Of a DNA stretch of 64,000 nt, positions 1-9,100 are shown one piece after another. The position numbers were made by a program, and so were the translations under genes. The notes beneath the pieces are model-generated. The model saw only the letters and a list, made by a program, of their open reading frames with translations, searched no databases and was not told the origin of the DNA. The DNA is taken from positions 430,940-494,939 of the forward strand of contig JBAZBY010000001.1 in assembly GCA_041671225.1 (NCBI GenBank), given 5' to 3'. Within the stretch, counting starts at the first letter, position 1. The number at the start of each line of letters is the position of its first letter. This stretch comes from Patescibacteria group bacterium. Lineage in GTDB: Bacteria > Patescibacteriota > Patescibacteriia > JBAZBY01.

Positions 1-1933
1 TAAGACGCGCAACAGCGTGCTTCTCCATGTATTCAGACATATCAATACGCACCATGGCTTGTTCGTCGGAGAAGAGGAACGCCGCAAGTGAACGCGCGAG
101 TTCTGTTTTTCCCACGCCAGTGGGCCCAAGAAAGATGAATGAACCAATGGGGCGGTTTTCTTCCTGAATACCCGCACGCGAGCGGCGCACCGCGTTCGAA
201 ACAGCCTTCACTGCTTCTTCTTGCCCAACGACGCGCTCTTGCAATACGTGTTCCATACGCGCCAGTTTGTCCTGTTCGCTTTCTAACATGCGCGTGACAG
301 GGATTCCCGTCCAACGCCCAACAATGCGGGCAATGTCCTCTTCAGTAACTTCTTCACGAAGAATAGGGTTGCCCTTTTGGAGCTTCTTCAGCTTTTCGCC
401 TAGCGTCTTCGTCTGTTTTTCGAGTTCAGGAATTTTTCCGTATTGGATTTCCGCAACTTTTTGCAATTCACCTGCGCGTTCGGCTACTTCTGCTTGTGCC
501 TTCAATTCATCGATCGTGTTGCGGCTTGTGCGGATTTCTTGCACGACAGCTTTTTCATTCTGCCATTGCTGCTCCAGCGCTCCAGCGCGTTCTTTGAGTT
601 CCGCAAGGACTTTTTCTGTTTCCTTCAGACGGTCTTTCTCCTTATTCTTCTTGAGCGCTTCCCGTTCCACCTCTCGGCGGCTGATCTTGCGGCGCAACTC
701 GTCAATTTCATGGGGCACAGAATCAATGTCCATCTTTAATGCGCTCGTTGCTTCATCAACAAGGTCAATGGCCTTGTCCGGCAAAAAGCGGTCCGCAATA
801 TAGCGGGTAGAAAGTTCCACAGCAGCGCGCAGCGCATCGTCAGTGATTTTCACGCCGTGGTGCACTTCGTACTTCTCTTTAATACCGCGCAAGATCGCAA
901 GCGTATCTTCTTCGCTTGGCTCGCCAACATAGACTGGCTGAAAGCGTCGCTCCAGAGCAGCATCCTTTTCAACATGTTGCTGATATTCTTTGAGCGTGGT
1001 TGCGCCGATCGCATGCAGCGTCCCGCGGGCAAGCGCTGGTTTGAGCATATTCGACGCATCAAGCGCGCCCTCTGCGCCGCCGGCACCAACGAGCGTATGC
1101 ATTTCATCAATAAAGAGAATGATGCTGCCCGCATGTTCTTCCACTTCTTTGAGCACGGCTTTGAGGCGGTCTTCAAATTCACCGCGATACTTTGCACCAG
1201 CGAGCATGCTGCCGAGGTCAAGCGAAATAATTTTTTTCTCCTTGAGTGTTTCGGGAACATCACCAGAAATGATTCGTTGCGCCAGACCCTCCGCGATCGC
1301 TGTTTTTCCGGTGCCGGGTTCTCCGATGAGTACGGGGTTATTCTTTGTGCGGCGCGAGAGCACCTGCATGACGCGGCGGATTTCTTCATCACGACCGATG
1401 ATAGGGTCGATCTTCCCGTTGCGCGCGAGCTGCGTGAGGTCTTGGCCGTATTTTTCAAGCGCATTCATGGTTGCTTCCGGGTTCTGGTCTGTAATTTTTT
1501 TATTGCCCCGGAGTGCTTTGACTGCAGCAGTGAAGTGCGCGGCATTCACGCCGTGCTGTTTTATGATATCTGCGGCGTGCCCGCCATTTTTTATAAGGGA
1601 GAGAAAAAGATGTTCCGTTGAAAGATATTCATCACCAAGATTTTTTGCTTCCAGCTCTGCCTTGGCGATCATTTTTGAAAGCTCTGCGCTCGCTCGCGGC
1701 TCTCCGCCTTCAACGCGGGGGATACGTTCAACCTCTTCAGCGATCGCCTCTTTCATTCCCACCACATCTGCTTCGAGTTTTTCCAATACCGCAATAACCA
1801 GATTGTCTGTCTGATTCAGCAATGCGAGTGCAACATGTGGAACGCCAAGCTCCTGTTGGTCTTTTTGGAGCATAAGGCGCTGCGCATCTGCAAGCACTTC
1901 CTGTGTTTTTTGGGTGTATTTCTCTGGATTCAT
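1..1933 (-). CDS. clpB: ATP-dependent chaperone ClpB (N-terminal part; runs off the left edge)
   Basis: Not in the ORF track because there is no stop in the window. Read manually from ATG at 1933 ([18 protein letters not shown]). Contains [15 protein letters not shown] (Walker A), FIDEMH (Walker B), [15 protein letters not shown], the M-domain, and NBD2 FLGPTG at the edge. Confidence 0.95.
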   Translation of the reverse strand, partial: MNPEKYTQKTQEVLADAQRLMLQKDQQELGVPHVALALLNQTDNLVIAVLEKLEADVVGMKEAIAEEVERIPRVEGGEPRASAELSKMIAKAELEAKNLGDEYLSTEHLFLSLIKNGGHAADIIKQHGVNAAHFTAAVKALRGNKKITDQNPEATMNALEKYGQDLTQLARNGKIDPIIGRDEEIRRVMQVLSRRTKNNPVLIGEPGTGKTAIAEGLAQRIISGDVPETLKEKKIISLDLGSMLAGAKYRGEFEDRLKAVLKEVEEHAGSIILFIDEMHTLVGAGGAEGALDASNMLKPALARGTLHAIGATTLKEYQQHVEKDAALERRFQPVYVGEPSEEDTLAILRGIKEKYEVHHGVKITDDALRAAVELSTRYIADRFLPDKAIDLVDEATSALKMDIDSVPHEIDELRRKISRREVEREALKKNKEKDRLKETEKVLAELKERAGALEQQWQNEKAVVQEIRTSRNTIDELKAQAEVAERAGELQKVAEIQYGKIPELEKQTKTLGEKLKKLQKGNPILREEVTEEDIARIVGRWTGIPVTRMLESEQDKLARMEHVLQERVVGQEEAVKAVSNAVRRSRAGIQEENRPIGSFIFLGPTGVGKTELARSLAAFLFSDEQAMVRIDMSEYMEKHAVARL

Positions 1934-1957
1934 ATAAGAATATTCTTGCGATTACGC

Positions 1958-1992
1958 ATTGTACTGAAAAACTCTTGACTTGTCAAGTCATG
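1958..1992 (-). promoter_or_regulatory. sigma70 promoter of clpB (TTGACA-17-TACAAT) overlapped by an inverted repeat
   Basis: Minus strand reads catgacTTGACAagtcaagagtttttcagTACAAT. CTTGAC-N2-GTCAAG inverted repeat at 1974-1987. Confidence 0.7.
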
Positions 1993-2017
1993 ACCATACG
2001 TTCCTTATAGAACAATC

Positions 2018-3313
2018 TTATTCTTCGCCCCAGTCTACGTCATCAGGAGTGGTGGAGCGCTTTTCCTGCGCGCTCGCAACGCGACGAAGCGCAATTACGA
2101 ATGCCGCTTCACGCAGCGTGATTTTCTTCTCCTGCGCCAAGTCCCATACCTGATTAAACTGCGGACGAATGATTTTTTCTACGTTTGCAAAAACTTTTTG
2201 CTCGCTCCATATCTCCCGCGTGCGTCCCTGCACCCATTCAAAGTACGAGCCGATCACGCCGCCAGAGTTTGCAAGAATATCCGGCACAACGATGATTCCT
2301 TTCTTGGAGAGTTTTGCGTCCGCGTCAGGTGTTGTTGGGCCGTTTGCCATTTCAACAATTGCTTTTGCTTTGATGCGACCGGCATTCTTTTTTGTTATGA
2401 CATCTTCCAGCGCAGAGGGAATCAAGAGATCAACATCAAGCTCCAGCAGTTTTTCATTTGAAATTTTTGTGAAGTTTTTATTGTCACATACCGTGCCCAC
2501 GCAATACACGCCAGAGATCATGCCGTCTTCGCGCTTTTTATGCATGACATGTTCCGGATCCATGCTTTTGCCATTCTTTGCGTAGATGGCTCCTTGTGAA
2601 TCTGAGAGTGCGGCAATGTTGTATCCGGCTTCGTAGAGGTACTTCGCAATATAGTAACCAACGTTTCCAAAACCTTGCACCGCAACACGTGTTTTTTTTG
2701 GTGTGTGCTTCAGGCGCTTCATCAACTCATCAATAATATAGAATCCACCTAATGAGGTGGACGTTTTGCGTCCAGCAGAGCCATGAAGTTCAAGTGGCTT
2801 GCCTGTGAATGCCGCGGGCTCCCAATGGCCAGCGAGCTTGGAATATTCATCCACCATCCATGCCATGATTTTTGGGTTGGTATAGACGTCCGGCGCGGGT
2901 ACGTCTTCATCAGGACCGATGTTTGGGAAGAGCACGCGCACGTATCCGCGAGAGAGGCGTTCAAGTTCGCCCTCAGAAAGTTTCTTCGGGTCAACAATAA
3001 CACCGCCCTTGCCGCCGCCAAAAGGAATATTCGCAACAGCGCACTTCCATGTCATCCAACTCGAGAGCGCCTTCACTTCATTGAGGTTCACTTTTGGGTG
3101 AAAACGTATGCCGCCTTTGAATGGCCCGCGCGCGTTGTTGTATTGCACGCGGAATCCCTCAAATATTTTTACCCTGCCATCATCCATGCGCACTGGCACG
3201 GAAAGCATGAGAATGCGTTTGGGTGCAAGAAATCGCGCAAACGTATGTGCATCAATTTGCGCGGTCTTTTGAGCCTGTTTGAGCTGTGAAAGCGAATCCT
3301 GAAATGCAGGCAT
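2018..3313 (-). CDS. gdhA: Glu/Leu/Phe/Val dehydrogenase (glutamate dehydrogenase)
   Basis: GPFKGGIRFHP, GGGKGG, DVPAPD, VQGFGNVG and ANSGGVIGSYFEW motifs. Confidence 0.93.
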   Translation of the reverse strand: MPAFQDSLSQLKQAQKTAQIDAHTFARFLAPKRILMLSVPVRMDDGRVKIFEGFRVQYNNARGPFKGGIRFHPKVNLNEVKALSSWMTWKCAVANIPFGGGKGGVIVDPKKLSEGELERLSRGYVRVLFPNIGPDEDVPAPDVYTNPKIMAWMVDEYSKLAGHWEPAAFTGKPLELHGSAGRKTSTSLGGFYIIDELMKRLKHTPKKTRVAVQGFGNVGYYIAKYLYEAGYNIAALSDSQGAIYAKNGKSMDPEHVMHKKREDGMISGVYCVGTVCDNKNFTKISNEKLLELDVDLLIPSALEDVITKKNAGRIKAKAIVEMANGPTTPDADAKLSKKGIIVVPDILANSGGVIGSYFEWVQGRTREIWSEQKVFANVEKIIRPQFNQVWDLAQEKKITLREAAFVIALRRVASAQEKRSTTPDDVDWGEE

Positions 3314-3351
3314 GAACGTTTTTTAAGCGCCGCCTCCGGCGAGATCCTTAG

Positions 3352-3675
3352 TTACCCGAGCGCCTTGGTAATTTGTTCTGCCATGGTGCTCTTTTCCTGC
3401 ACACCAACAGCTTGCCAAACTATTTTGCCATCCTTGAAGAGCGCAATCGTTGGAATAGACATCACGCCATACTGTTGCGGGTGCTGCGGGTGAGCATCAA
3501 CTTCAATTTTTGCGACTTTGGCTTTGCCAGCAAATTCCTCTGCCAATTCCTCAACAATAGGGCCCTGAATTCGACATGGGCCACACCATTCTGCCCAAAA
3601 ATCGACCAGCACTGGCTGTGCATTCTTTAATACCTCTTCTTCAAAGTTTGCGTCAGTAAGTATTACTTCTGCCAT
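3352..3675 (-). CDS. trxA: thioredoxin
   Basis: VDFWAEWCGPC active site and SIPT cis-Pro loop. TTGACA-17-TACAGT promoter upstream. Confidence 0.96.
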   Translation of the reverse strand: MAEVILTDANFEEEVLKNAQPVLVDFWAEWCGPCRIQGPIVEELAEEFAGKAKVAKIEVDAHPQHPQQYGVMSIPTIALFKDGKIVWQAVGVQEKSTMAEQITKALG

Positions 3676-3764
3676 ACATTTAAACGTTTAATTAAACACT
3701 TAACAATCAAGACTCCACTGTACTCTCGCATAGTAACCCTGTCAAGCCTTTGCGTCAATCCAAC

Positions 3765-4853
3765 TTATCCTGCCCAGTATCCGTTCACAAAAAGAAGCGT
3801 ATACAGCGCAAGCAATAAGATCGAAGCAAACGCAATGCCAAGTTTTATATACGCGTTGTGAATCATCGCAACCGCAATGAAGATTGGGAACAACACCAAC
3901 ACAAACCGTCCTATTGAAAGGAGTGTTCCGGTTGCAAGCGCGAGTGTAAGCATCGCAAGCATGTAGATGCCATATGAAAGTCTAACCTTCCATATCACAA
4001 AAATTGCAGCCGCAATTCCGATAAGCAAAAAGAAAATATCCATCGCAAGATTTATTCCGCCTGCAGATGAGATGATCGCAAAGTGGCTTGAGTTAACCTC
4101 AAGCGCGCGTCCCCATGCATCTTCAACCTTAAAGAATGCAAAAAAGTCTCCATACCACAATGCGTGGAATGAAAAATAAATGAGCGGGGCAAAAAGAGGA
4201 AGAAACAATGCCGGGAAGGCATGCAGTGGTTTTTTTTCAGACCGCAGATATTCAATCGCAAGTGGAATCATAAGAAGAAATCCAGGCGAACGCGTAAACG
4301 CGGCGAGCACACCAATAAGTCCCGCAAGTGCAAAGCTCTGTTTGCGTGCATAATACAATGAGGCAACGCTTAAAAAAAGAAATAGCGCTTCTGTGTACAC
4401 AACATTAAGAAAAAATGCCGTAGGGAATATCAACAGGAAAGCGATCACGAGCGTTGGTGAAACTCCAGGATGGAATTCATCCACGAGCTTTTTGATATAA
4501 TAGAGCGCAAAAAAAAGTGAAAAAATAGAAATCAACCACCCGGCAAGCGCATAGTTCCCAAAAAGAACAGGTGCGGAAATACGCATGAGCATGGGGTAGA
4601 GTGGGAAAAAAGCGATATTTGAAAGCCCCTCACCGTTGTAGTTATATCCGTGCTCTGCAATAAAAAGATAAAAAGCACTATCCCATTGCGTGTGGAGTGA
4701 AATGGGGTCCCATGTCTGTTTTTGTGTGTAGGTTTCTGGAGTCTGCCATGTATATGCACTATCTCCTGTGAGGTAAATGCGGTTATTCGCAATGAGTGCG
4801 AATACATTTACAAAAATTAACCAAATTGCAAATATTATTATGACTTTTTTCAT
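3765..4853 (-). CDS. GT-C mannosyltransferase family membrane protein (PIG-V/Mannosyl_trans2-like)
   Basis: QWDSAFY, AFFPLYP, FPTAFFL..YTEALF and TRSPG motifs; multiple TM helices. Confidence 0.8.
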   Translation of the reverse strand: MKKVIIIFAIWLIFVNVFALIANNRIYLTGDSAYTWQTPETYTQKQTWDPISLHTQWDSAFYLFIAEHGYNYNGEGLSNIAFFPLYPMLMRISAPVLFGNYALAGWLISIFSLFFALYYIKKLVDEFHPGVSPTLVIAFLLIFPTAFFLNVVYTEALFLFLSVASLYYARKQSFALAGLIGVLAAFTRSPGFLLMIPLAIEYLRSEKKPLHAFPALFLPLFAPLIYFSFHALWYGDFFAFFKVEDAWGRALEVNSSHFAIISSAGGINLAMDIFFLLIGIAAAIFVIWKVRLSYGIYMLAMLTLALATGTLLSIGRFVLVLFPIFIAVAMIHNAYIKLGIAFASILLLALYTLLFVNGYWAG

Positions 4854-4892
4854 TGGTCTATTTTACCGCTTTCCTACTAGATAGCACAGGAT

Positions 4893-4908
4893 TGTTCCAC
4901 GTGGAACA
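4893..4908. promoter_or_regulatory. parS centromere-like site (ParB binding)
   Basis: Perfect 16-bp palindrome TGTTCCACGTGGAACA matching the widespread bacterial parS consensus. Confidence 0.8.
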
Positions 4909-4919
4909 CCCTGGCTACG

Positions 4920-5414
4920 CTAACGTAGCCAGGGTAATTTCTTCTGGGGATAGCCGAAGAGCACTTGAAGAACCGCGCCAACCACTAGAAGGATCGGATT
5001 CCGCGTCCACCACTGTATGGACTTTCTATAGAAGCCAATCCAACCGATATCACGCCGCAAGGGCCTGAAACCTTCCTTGCGTGTAAGAGAAACGCACTTG
5101 CCGAGCTGCAGAAATGGCTGAGCCACTGGTATAACCTCTGTAACGTGCAGTTTTCTCAGGAATTCAGCAGCCTGGGCCATAACCTCGTTGCTGTCGAGGT
5201 ATTTTCCAGGAATGTGATGTTCCCTTACGATGAGATCAGGTGGAAATAGCATAGCGGCCGCAACTTCCCATTGAGCAATCACAATGGGTCTCTTACCCGT
5301 AAGCATAAGCTCCTGAGCGATGATTCTCTCAGCCGCACGCGCGAGGCGCCTGTTGCAGCGATTTGGTTCTTCACTGGAAAGGGCAAAGGAAAAAACAACA
5401 ATCCCTCTTCTCAC
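4920..5414 (-). CDS. hypothetical protein (possibly YdcF/DUF218-like fold)
   Basis: GTG start at 5414 preceded by AAGGAGG; the longer track start overlaps a tRNA. IAQWEVA, YLDS.EV and QWWTRN motifs, with a C-terminal hydrophobic stretch. Confidence 0.55.
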   Translation of the reverse strand: MRRGIVVFSFALSSEEPNRCNRRLARAAERIIAQELMLTGKRPIVIAQWEVAAAMLFPPDLIVREHHIPGKYLDSNEVMAQAAEFLRKLHVTEVIPVAQPFLQLGKCVSLTRKEGFRPLRRDIGWIGFYRKSIQWWTRNPILLVVGAVLQVLFGYPQKKLPWLR

Positions 5415-5489
5415 GGTATCCTCCTTGTTGTTGATTCCGTGTAGACCCATCCTACTCCATTTATGAATATTGGAAAGATGCTTGAATAC

Positions 5490-5518
5490 AAAAAACACCA
5501 CAATATATGGTGTTTTTT
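5490..5518 (-). terminator. intrinsic terminator after the tRNA cluster
   Basis: AAAAAACACCA-N7-TGGTGTTTTTT hairpin with U-tracts on both strands. Confidence 0.7.
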
Positions 5519-5593
5519 GGTGGACCTGTGGGGACTCGAACCCCATACCTCGGCAATGCGAATGCCGCGCTCTACCAGATGAGCTACAGGCCC
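5518..5593 (-). tRNA. tRNA-Ala(CGC)
   Basis: GGGCCTGTAGCTCATCTGGTAGAGCG-CGGCA-TTCGCAT-TGCCG...GGTTCGAGTCC...CCACCA cloverleaf. Confidence 0.93.
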
Positions 5594-5646
5594 ATAATGG
5601 GCTTCGGCCAGAGGCCGAGATCTTTGCAATACCAGTCCTTGGTTGG

Positions 5647-5722
5647 TGGTGGACCTGCGGGGACTCGAACCCCGTACCTCTTCCATGCCATGGAAGCGCT
5701 CTACCAGATGAGCTACAGGCCC
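5647..5722 (-). tRNA. tRNA-Ala(GGC)
   Basis: Same body as the neighbouring tRNA; anticodon arm CTTCC-ATGGCAT-GGAAG; CCA end. Confidence 0.93.
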
Positions 5723-5725
5723 TTG

Positions 5726-5801
5726 TGGTGCCCCCGCCAGGAATTGAACCTAGATCTCGACCTTAGGAGTGTCTTGCTCTATCCAATTGAGCTACGGGGG
5801 C
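5726..5801 (-). tRNA. tRNA-Arg(CCT)
   Basis: GCCCCCGTAGCTCAATTGGATAGAGC...CTCCTAA...GGTTCAATTCC...GGGGGCACCA. The anticodon stem has two mismatches. Confidence 0.85.
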
Positions 5802-5840
5802 AAGTGCCACCTTTGAATCTAGGGGCTACGGAATAAACAT

Positions 5841-5856
5841 TGTTCCATGTAGAACA
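5841..5856. promoter_or_regulatory. degenerate parS site
   Basis: TGTTCCATGTAGAACA, two mismatches to the perfect site at 4893. Confidence 0.5.
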
Positions 5857-6064
5857 TTAAATATCGCTAATATTAGCTAATTATATGCTCAATTTTGCCG
5901 CGACGTCCGTAAGAAAGCCTGAATTTTGCTCTAGAAAATAGAGCAAAACATAGGCACCTACGATAAAAAAACTAAGAATAGAGACAAGAATAAGATCCTT
6001 TTTTAAGTATTGCATATTCATAAAAAAAAATAGAGCATGCGTAGTTTACAGCATAATGTCAGCA

Positions 6065-6093
6065 TTGACAAGAAGCTAAAAATAAAGTATAAT
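6065..6093 (+). promoter_or_regulatory. consensus sigma70 promoter of the giant surface protein gene
   Basis: TTGACA-17-TATAAT. A TGTCA-N4-TGACA inverted repeat overlaps the -35. Confidence 0.8.
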
Positions 6094-6138
6094 AGAATGG
6101 CAAAAGTAGTGCAAAGCCCCTCAAAATAAAGGGATTTT

Positions 6139-9100
6139 GTGATATTTTTTGTAAAAATCAAAAAAATGAATTGGGCAGCAATGTTTAGACACCTTAAGGA
6201 GCAGCGCGACGCTTGCCTTGCGCGGGCTCAGGCAGGCGGACTATTTGTTAAGGCAATAGGATATATTGCCTGTTTTGTGTTGGACATTGTGCTTGTGTTC
6301 GCGCTCATTCCTTTTTCAATAACCGCATCGCCAACCGCTAGCTTTCAACGCGTTGCACGCTTTTCACCGGATAAAGGATTCATTGATTCATATGACAAGC
6401 ATTTAAAGTATTACCGCGCATCCGTCGGTACGGCATTACTTGCAGGTGTTGGCGTTTCTTTGCAGATCATTTTTGCGCTCGCAACGTTCGGCATTCTTTC
6501 TTTCAGTAATCCAACGCAGGTTAACGCTGTTGATGGACGGATGCTCGCCTTTTGGGATGCCAGCGGCCCAGTACCAGCTGGATGGAGCTGTCAGTCCTGC
6601 GGTTCAGGAGATTTCTACCAGAAGTTCCCCCGTGGCGCTGCAACATATGGCGGAACAGGCGGCGGTACAACGCATACCCATGCCATGTCATATCTTTCAA
6701 TGTCCGGAACCATCAGCAGCCCTCTTTCATTGATTGGTGGTGCGGTAGTACAAGCATCGAAATTGCACACGCATACCTATATCTACGACCAAACAATGAA
6801 TGCGGGAACGTCATTGCCTCCATATCGGGATATGGAGGTCATCCGATATGACACCACCGGCGCTCCTGCCACTATTCCTGCCGGGGTCATTTTAATGTTT
6901 GATGCTGCACCCTCAGGATCATGGACCAGGTATACCGATCAGGACGGAAGTTTCATTTATGGAGAAAATGACGTCACAGGAACTGGCGGCTCAGAAACCC
7001 ATAATCATACCAATGTTGGGTATACTGTTGATGCATCCGCCGGTAATGCAGGTATTGAACTTGGCGATGGTCTGGGCGCCGGTTCTTTTGATGCACACAC
7101 CCATACCGTATCCGGAGCAACGACAAATACCGTATCTACGTTGCCGCCATATCTTGATGTGTTGCTGTATAAAGCAACAGGAGAAACCGCACTTCCTGAC
7201 GGCGCCATTGCCATGTGGGATGATACGCCAGCGGATGCTGCTTGGACCGTGAACTCTGGAGCAAGCCAGCTATTCAATGAAAAATTCCTTCGCGGCAATT
7301 CCAGCTACACCGGCATTGCTGCAGGCTCCGCAACACACGGACACTCGAATCTTGCCAGTGTGACCAGTGGTCCTTCCGGCGGGGCAAACAATGCGGGTTC
7401 TGGGACAAAGTCGGGGGCGAGTTATTCTCATACACATTCCATTTCAGTCACCATCGGCGCGGCAACGAATTATCTGCCGCCGTACCGCGATGTCATCATT
7501 GCACAGTACTCGACGGACATCACTATCTCCGGCACGATTCGTCAGTCGAACGAAAGTACGGCCTACGACTGTTCGGCGAACAACTTGACAGTCAACGTGA
7601 GCGTCAATGGTGGCGCGAACTCGACCGCAACATGCACGGCAGCTGATGGGTCGTTCTCCGTAAGTGCATCGCAACCATCCTCCGCGGGTGACCCAATCGT
7701 TGTCTCGGTCGATAGTGGTGAGTCGGTGCAAGCGACGACCGTTACGCTCGCGGCAGACACGACGTCCGCCATCACCGATCTCGACCTGTACGAAAATCGA
7801 CTCATCGTCCGCCACGAGGATGCGGGCCCGATAACGAACGCGAAGCTCGCAACAGGGGATAACGGCGACGCGGGAATCCGCTACGGCGTTGCGTCGAGCA
7901 ACCTCACCGTGGATAACAATATTGAACTGCACGTCTGGACCGGTGATACATTCATCCCCGGTGGTATAGTGACGACGCAGGGTTCGGCGGATTTTCATAT
8001 TGACGATAGCGCGACTGCGACACTTGCGACGACGGGCAATACCATCGCGGGAGATGCGGTGGTCGACACCGGAGCAACACTGAACCTTAACGCGAACACA
8101 ACCATCGACGGTGGAGCCATCGCCACTGCCGGCACTGGGACGGTTGCAACGAGCGGGACACCAACCGTCACCTTGCACGGGACGGGAAGCATTGGCGGTG
8201 GGAGCGGGGCAATCGCTTTCTATAACCTCACCATCGGAGACGCATCGGCAGCCGCGACGACGATGGATAGTGACGTCAGCATTGCGAACGTCCTCAACGT
8301 CGACACGAGTGACAGTATGACGATTGCCGCAAGTAAGACCGTGACGCTCGGCGCGAGCGCCACCGTCACGCTGAACGGCTCCATCCTCGGTGACGGCCGC
8401 TTGATCTATGCGAATATCAGTACCACATTCCCAACGAGCGGCATCATCTCCTCCGTGCTGCGTTTCGACAGCAGCAGTGGCAATATCACGATTCCTGCGC
8501 GCACGTACGGCGGCGACGTTGAGCTATATAGCAATTCAGGGACGATCCGCATAGCGCCGATCGGCACTGCGCCCGGGCAGACCATTACAATCGGTGGCGA
8601 CTACATCATCATTGCAGACGGCACCGCAGATATATATTCCAACAATTTGACCTACGCCCCGATAATGTTGATTACCGGCGGCATCGACTTCACGGGTATT
8701 GGGAGCGGCACAGAGCGTATTGAGGGCGGGACGAGCAACTGGACGATTACCGGCGGCATCGACTTCACAGGTGGCAGCTGCGGATGTACCACGTCGGACT
8801 TCACGTTCAATGGGGGCGGGACACTGAACTTCGCATCTAACACGGTCGATGACCTCACCATCACAGGAACATACACCGTCACCTCGGGGAGTCTCGCAGG
8901 AGTGAACGGGACGCTCGATCTCACCGGAAGTACGACAACGCTGACGAACACCACCATCTGGATGAGGGGATCTACTGGCACCATCATCGGCGCGGGCAAT
9001 GCGTTCAGCACGCTGTCCATCGGCAACGGCTCGGACATCATCACCGTTGCTGATTCGGATTTTTCCGTGACGGCGAATTTAAATATATTGTTTGCGACGG

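Noticed and set aside
267-1814. Numerous long antisense or off-frame ORFs in the track (here and across infB, rny and the giant genes)
   Set aside because: Shadows of well-supported genes in another frame or strand, with no independent motifs.
6532-7512. Prophage or tailocin locus suggested by tail-collar-like repeats
   Set aside because: No capsid, terminase, sheath, baseplate, integrase or lysis genes; the repeats are internal to membrane-targeted host proteins.
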